Assembly: GCF_963853765.1 (NCBI RefSeq)
Contig: NC_088862.1
Span: 9,486,001-9,550,000 of the forward strand
Reading direction: 5' to 3'
DNA from: Magallana gigas
Taxonomy: Eukaryota
Length of the DNA stretch: 64,000 nucleotides
The first letter of the stretch is position 1. Each line of letters opens with the position of its first letter. Position numbers and translations under genes: made by a program. Under the pieces are notes generated by a model, which saw only the letters and a program-made list of their open reading frames with translations, did not search any database and was not told the DNA's origin. Below are positions 56,895 through 64,000 of this stretch, one piece after another.

Positions 56895-57817
56895 CATTTA
56901 TCAGAAATCGATTAGAATAATAAGAAATTGATTGTCTATTAATCTGATTCTTTTACATATCGATTATTTTTCTTTTATGTCTTACGTTTATTTTTGCCAA
57001 CTAACTCCGTGGTTTTAGAAAAATATCTGCAAACTTTAAGTCGAAAAATGAAATGTAATTATATTGGTAATACCAACCCTTCCCTTTTTCCTCCCGAATC
57101 AACTTGATACCCCTTTCAGTACTGTGTTATGTAGAAACGATTCATGTTAAGCAATCGGTTATAAAAATTAATGCATTTTTTTTAAATTTTGACCTCGATG
57201 TGTAATCACTATTAAATAGATATGATAAATCCCACTTTTGTGCAAACATTACATGAAACTAGTCCTACATGTAAGTAAATTATAATAATCTTTTAAGACA
57301 GCTTTTAAATAATTATGATCCCAATGCACCCGGCAACCATAATGATTTTTTTAAATCAAAAATGAAAATTCAGATTTTTTGCTTTAACAGTGCATTTCCC
57401 CGACGTTTGCATCTATTTATTTCTAGGCCCCAACACATATACACAGGTGGTCAGTTTTCACACCTTGACACAGTCACCCGGCCGTGTGTATAGTCTGAGC
57501 CTTTCTGTTAGTTCCGGGTTTTTCGTTGTTCCCTGACAGACAAAAGATTTTTTTCTGTAGACATACACAAAGAAGGAGACAGGACACTGTCGATATAAAA
57601 TATTACTTTTTAGCTTGACTTTCAATCATTAAGAATTTTTAAGACAATCATTGAATAACGAACTTCAAATCATTTGAATCAGTGGACATTATCCCGAAGC
57701 TAAAGATAAATACATACTTTAATTTTTTTAATGCCAATATGTAGATTTAGCCGCTGTCAACATTACTACATGTTACCGGTAGTACTTTATTTAAATACTA
57801 AAATATTCGTACGTTAG

Positions 57818-57853
<36 letters not shown>

Positions 57854-58320
57854 ATAGAAGTTTTGAAATGTTTGCTATGATACAATATACGGGTTTCAGT
57901 AAATGAAGAAAAAAAAACAGAAGAAAAAATGAAAGATCGTTTTAAAGGCCGAACTTTTTTACCGGGTGGTAAATCTCAGGTGAGGGCAGGGCTTAATTTC
58001 TAGAGGTGTGAAAGCCTCCGGGGCTGGAAGTCTACCTGAGATCGTGAACGCCTGCTAATCACTATACACAGGAAGCAAATAGTACACAAGATATAAATAA
58101 TTAGTCAGAATTCGTCATAGTTTGAATATCTTTTTGTTTTAATGACCATACGAAGCGATTTTATACGGAAATGTCGTCCGAGCACGTGTGTAAAGCACAA
58201 TTAAAAAAATTCAGTAAGCTAATTCTGCTTTAAAGATTTAACTCAGTTCATTGTGTTTAGCACTTGACATTGTTTAAGACGTTAATTTTAACAAATATAA
58301 TTGTATAAGAAAACCATACG

Positions 58321-58628
58321 ATCTTTTTGCTGGTTTTGTATATATTGTATATAATTTTGAACAAAATATTGTTTTTCTGTATTTTAAGGGGATCAGCATA
58401 TTGATAAGTTATTTAACATTTTGTGTGAACAGCTTTTGGTCTGATCCCCTACTATGTTGTTTATATTTTTCTTTACTTTCGTCATTTTTAATAAATGACA
58501 TATTTCAGACCCAAAGCTGTTCACACAAATTGTTAAATAACTTATCAATATGCTGATCCCCTTAAAATACAGAAAAACAATATTTTGTTCAAAATTATAT
58601 ACAATATATACAAAACCAGCAAAAAGAT
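58321..58628. repeat. Foldback inverted repeat: 124-bp arms, 60-bp spacer
   Basis: 58321-58444 is the reverse complement of 58505-58628 with two mismatches seen. Confidence 0.92.
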
Positions 58629-58824
58629 GGCACCTCAAAAATAAAATATGCCACCAAATGTGAATTGCATAATGACAATTGGCAATTCCACTGTGCCATC
58701 CAAAACACAAAGTAAACTCCGAGTGGACCCAAATTTTCAAAAAGTTATCCAAGAGTAAACCCAAAGTAAACACAGCATGCATCTGACGTAGTTTTTTTGT
58801 TCGGGCTTTTGATCTATAACACAA

Positions 58825-59330
58825 AGATTTTCACAAGGCCCTAAGAAAATTAGATATTTGAGTACAATATCTACATCCCAAGTGTGATTGTATCTAGGCA
58901 TAGGTGGCCTGGAATTAAACACTCCAGACATAACCTCCTTTATAAGGTTGCTTTGACCTACTTTTATACCATTAATTTTAGGATGAAATGCTGAAATTGC
59001 AGATCTGTAACTGTTTATAGACTTATATTCGTACCCTTTTTGAAACAACTCTGACAAAAAAATTGCTTTATGTTCCAAAGAGGAGGAAAAGGGATCAACT
59101 TGTCTGCTACCACACCAGCTAGCCCAGTGTTTCCAGCAGCTGTTGTAAGCTGACTGAGTTCCCTTCCTCCATGATGCTGCGAGTAATTTGGAAGTGTTTG
59201 CTGATAACCCATGCATTTCTTTGTTTCGCCTGAAATTTTCCAGACCACTAATTTTAGCGTCCCATTGGTTATCAGAGGATGCCAGAAGGAGGTCCTTCTG
59301 TGGGGATAGAAGAATGGGATCTACTGATGT
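58825..59330 (-). pseudogene. DIRS-type retrotransposon tyrosine-recombinase N-terminal fragment
   Basis: ASWRKGTQSAYNSCWKHWASWC..RQVDP...FLSELFQKGYEYKSINSYRSAISAFH...G...G....GVFNSRPPMPRYNHTWDVDIVLKYL; truncated before the catalytic domain. Confidence 0.8.
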
Positions 59331-62300
59331 TTTCAAAAAAATCTATTTTGTATCCCCTCAATTCGGTCAGAATTGAACAATAATTTGTTATTTTCTCCCA
59401 GTTTGAAAATAAAAGCTTTAGTCTCCCCCCTAACGGGATTTGATTTGATCAATTTCCGACAATTTCAACTTTTCTACACTGGGATGGAGATTGCGGTGAT
59501 CCCCTAAAACTTTTGATATTTGTTCTACCACTATCGGTATATTTATCTAAAACGTCATTGACGTACCTTTGTTTCTTTGTAATGCCGCCTCTTTTTAAGG
59601 AAAAATGAAAGAAATCAGCTACAAATCTCTGAGGGTTTGGGCAAGGGGGAGGGGTATCTCCAGCGTTTTGATGAAAGGAATTAATCTAGAATGCCTAGCT
59701 TCTCTTAAACCAGCATATAAAATATATGCATGATATATTTATATTGCATTCCATATAAACTCTCAATGGTTGCTGTATATCAACATTTGAGCTTCGGCAT
59801 ACTAATACCAATTCAATTATGACGTCATAACGGATCCATGACGAAAGACTGATCCTTACAAAATCACGATTGCCTTTTTATTGTTGAAAATACAGCAGTT
59901 ACTCTTTTCTTGTTTAATATGTCATGGATGTTAAATTGACAAACAGTTTGTGTCAAAAATGATAAATGCTGTTTATTATTTTTTTTAAATGTGTTTGTAT
60001 GAATTGGGATTAAAAGGCAAGTGATCAATATTTTTAACAATCGAGATGATAAAACATGCCAATTGATGCTGGAATGTCAACTGTGTCTTTTGTTGAGTTG
60101 TTAGTGATTATAAGACGACAGTTTACTTAATCAAAGACTTATCAGATAATAATTAATTATGATGGGAGATTAATACGGGTCGGTCAAGTGATAATATTTT
60201 GTAAAACCATTCTCTGTCCTTATTGTCGTTCTTTGTACAATGTTTGAGACCAACGTATGAATAAATGTGTAAATATATTGTAAAAATATTAAAATAAAAA
60301 AGATAAACAGATGATCTCAACTTTTTGTTAAAGGAGCTTTTGTTGGTTATGATGGGTGTATGGATGCGAATTCATATTGAAATCTTGGGATTTGAATCTT
60401 TTTTTCCCGTGACGGCATTTATAATGGAACCCAATGTTTCTTGTTTATCATTGTCTATATTGACGTGTTTATATTACTTTAATTATTAAACACATAAATT
60501 TAATGAAAAGAGACGTTTGTCGATTAGATTTGGAATTTCTTATTTTCATGGAAAATCAAAGTTTAGCATGAGAGATTCCTATAGCATTTTTTTCTGATAT
60601 TCTTAAGGATGACGTTAACTAAGAATGAAAAAAAAATCCACTTAAGATAATAAAAAAAACATCTATTGTATGTTATAGACCTTTGATTGTAGTGTATGTT
60701 TTCACTTTCAATGACCTACTATTTGAGTAAATGGCCATTGAATTTTGTAAAATTAAGGAAAATCTTTTTAGAAGAAAAAAATATAAATTATTCTCTTTGG
60801 GTATTAAGTCTGTTTACTAGTTTATTAACAGTCTTATTTCTATATTTTACTTTTTTAATGAAAGACACAACTAACATTGTAACATTTTTTAAAAACTTAA
60901 TTTTAAAAGTTAAAGTTTATAAAAAGGTGATTTAAATGTAAATTTGAATATTAAGAGGTTTTTATTTTAAGGTTTGCACCACGGAAACATAAACAAATGA
61001 AAGATAAGACTTTCCTTCGCACAATCCCATTGCTTCATTTTTATAATTGGCTGTTAAACTATTCTGTACGCTCACTTAACGGCTAAAGGATTACAGAAAA
61101 CAGTTTGGTATCATTTTTCATCTGAATTATTTTTAAAAATAAGTTTTTGACTGTGGAATCATTACAATACGTGATTGCCCAATTCTGGGGGTGTTCGCGG
61201 GTAACCCTCGCCAATGAATTCACATCCTAAACGAAACCAAATTATAAAAGGTTATAAAGGAAACTGAAAACTGACTCATCCACGAAATATCATCCCCACG
61301 AATAAGCAAAAAAACCCACAATCCACGAAAACTGCCCCCCACGAAATTAAATGTTCCACAGCATACAGTAAAATGTAGGTATACAGTATCGCTTCCCTGT
61401 GTTTTACACGAAATACCATACCAATCTATTGCCTGATCAATTACATTGTACACATTCTTCTATGTTAAGGATTCCTTTTGACCGTTATTCTAATAATTAG
61501 AACCAGTTTAATAATTTGATAATGATTATGGTTTCAAGCGAAATATACACCAATTGCGTGGTCTAAACTAAAATGCAGGACAAATCTTGTTGAATTCAAA
61601 AGAGCCATGGCTGAGTGGCCAGCAATGAAATAGACAGGCCTACGTCACATTGCTGTTTGACACGAATACCGAAAGTCCAAGCTCCTGTTGAAATGGTTCT
61701 AATAAAAATGACATTGATGACAACAAAGAGATAACAAAAACATTTGTTTGTTTATTTGAAACAACATACCTTAAATGTCAGTTGATAATTTCTAAACAAA
61801 ATATTGAAAATGAAAGTGATAATGATATATTTTAAAATCCTAAACATAAGAATTTTAAAATAGTAAGTAAATTGCATTGCATCATGTAGTGGTTAAATTA
61901 GCATTAATTTAAGAAGTATTTTATTCAAGTATATAGATACATTGAAATGGATTGAACAGCAGGCATAATGTCTATTTATGTTCTCTCATGTAGTCAAGGT
62001 ATAATATGAGTAATTATATAATTTTATATAAGATATATATATACATATATATTGCAACTGAATTTTGTATTATAGATTAATATTATGAATAGCATTGGAA
62101 GGAGGTACACTGCAAATAAATAAACAAAACAAATAGCTTATGATAGGAAAATGAAAATCAAAAAAATTGAAAAATAATGGTTAATTGCTAAGGTTGAAAA
62201 TAAAAAAAAGTATATATAGTGTAGAGAAAAAAATGAGAAAGAAAAGAAAAAAACATGTAATAAAAACAAAACAAAAATTGATAACAGAGTAGGAAAAAAT

Positions 62301-62630
62301 GGAAAGTTTGGGGGGGGGGGGGTGGGAGGGGGAGGAGGAGAACAAATAAGCAATAAAAAATGAAAAGAGGTAGTGTAAGCAAAGTCAGTGGTACCCATTT
62401 TGATACATTTTTATACAATGTGTACATTTTTACCTATTGACTTACTAAAATTTGTTTGTACTTTTTATGTAAAAATGAATTTTATCAAAAAATAGTAAGT
62501 TATTTTGAAATGTTAGTTTATCACTTCCAAAAAGTAGATTCTTAATTGTGATTGGTATAAAATTGTCGTTCATATAATCAAATAGAGATTTTCTTTGGGA
62601 GGCATATAATGGACAGTGTAAGAAATAATG

Positions 62631-64000
62631 TTAAGAGTCTTCCACTTCAAGAAAGCACTTCTGACATAGTAGAGAAGCAATAAGGTGGTGTGAGTAAAGG
62701 TCAGCATTTAAGTTACTACTGTTACTTCTCAACTGACCATGCCAAATATTTTCTAATCTTTTGCCATGGTAAAATAATTTATGCATATTCAGGTTTTTTT
62801 CTATTAATATTTTGAGGCTGTTCTTAAATGCTGAAACTGTAGTTATATTTTTTTGTATTCTGAGGTAGATTGTTCCACAATATAATTGTAGATGGTATAA
62901 AACTATTGAAGTAAGATGTTGTTCTTGCAACAGGAGTACGATAGATGAAATTGTTACGAAGATTGTAGGTATTATGTGGGGGTAGACATTCACCAACAAT
63001 ATTAGATAAGTATTCAGGGGTTTAATTGTTTAATATTTTGAACAATGATATTAATTTATGGTTATTTCTACGTTTCGTAAGTGTTTCCCAGCCTAATTCC
63101 CGATATAGGTATTGTTTAGAAGAGTTTCGTCTAAGACCAGTAATTATTCGTGCAGCTTCAATCTGTATACTTTCCAATAAATTACTTTGTTCATCTGTAC
63201 AATTGTCCCAGACTACATCACCATACTCTAACACAGGGCGAATAAAGGCAAAGTAAATTTTAATCAATGATTCCCTATTTATTTTAAATTTAAAAATGTG
63301 TAGCATGTTCAATCTTTGGCATGCTTTTTCGTAGATATTTGATATATGATGTGACCATCCCCCATTTGATTGCAAAGTAAGTCCTAAGTGACAATGATTA
63401 TTTTTTTGGATTATATTGTTTAAAGTGTTACCAAAAGAGACATGGGGATGGGTTTTTTTCTTTCTAGAAAAGTTAACATTTATTGTTTTGTTTGGATTAA
63501 AATCCACCAACCATTGATTAGACAACTGTTTTTTTTTTTTCAAGATCAGCTGTTAATGATTTAGCTGAATTATTATCATTATCATCAACTACTACCAAAA
63601 GTGATGTGTCATCTGCAAAGAGTCTTATTTGGTTGCATTTATTTTCAACAATATCAATAATGTAAATAAGAAAGAGGAAGGGTCCTAACACTGACCCCTG
63701 GGGTACTCCTGCATTAGTGGTTTCAATTCCTGAGGAATAGCCCTCGATGACAACCTTTTGTGTTCTATCAGTAATATAGTTTTCTATCCATCCAAGGATT
63801 TCTCCTCTGATTCCATATTTTTGTAATTTATAGATGAGACCTTTATGCCAGACCTTATCAAATGCTTTTGATATGTCACAAAATATGAACATAATATCTT
63901 TACCTTTATCAAGGTTAGATATTATAATATTATAAATTTCAGTAAGCTGATTTATGGTGGAATAAGAGGGCTGAAATCCTGATTGGTTTTAAAATAAAAG
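62631..64000 (-). pseudogene. CR1/L2-group LINE ORF2 (reverse transcriptase) 3' portion, frameshifted; continues beyond the window
   Basis: FCDISKAFDKVWH, GVPQGSVLGPFLFLIYI, IRLFADDTSL, then WLVDFNPNKT and FIRPVLEYGDVVWDNC, spread over three ORFs separated by frameshifts. Confidence 0.92.

Noticed and set aside
57990-58020. Hammerhead ribozyme (GAAA plus stem)
   Set aside because: The CUGAUGA core is absent on both strands.

Overview
AT-rich, repeat-dense animal genomic DNA. The repeat families look like those of Crassostrea/Magallana-type oysters (inference only), and no host protein-coding gene could be identified with confidence. The centrepiece is a 21,138-bp Maverick/Polinton (adintovirus-like endogenous dsDNA virus) at 20588-41725. 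It has perfect 117-bp terminal inverted repeats (AGTAGT...ACTACT), a 6-bp CATGTA target-site duplication and about 19 ORFs. These include protein-primed PolB, adenain-like protease, major and minor jelly-roll capsid proteins, basic core proteins, a retroviral-type integrase with chromodomain, and a packaging ATPase split by one frameshift in a G9 run. The right arm carries an unusual accessory cassette: a Pro-rich RING-finger protein, a GADD34/ICP34.5/DP71L-like PP1-eIF2alpha recruiter encoded in a frame that overlaps another gene, and a 4x CCHC zinc-knuckle protein. This looks like a host-takeover (anti-translational-shutoff) module and is the best novelty candidate. The flanks hold decayed or non-autonomous elements: a Tx1/L1-like ORF1 pseudogene fused to a NADAR-like domain, a Harbinger-type element, Kolobok-, Tc1- and Helitron-type non-autonomous elements, a DIRS-type tyrosine recombinase fragment, a CR1/L2-type RT fragment, local duplications and microsatellites. 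No rRNA, tRNA or CRISPR array was seen. No database searches were run; all family assignments come from motifs read in the sequence.
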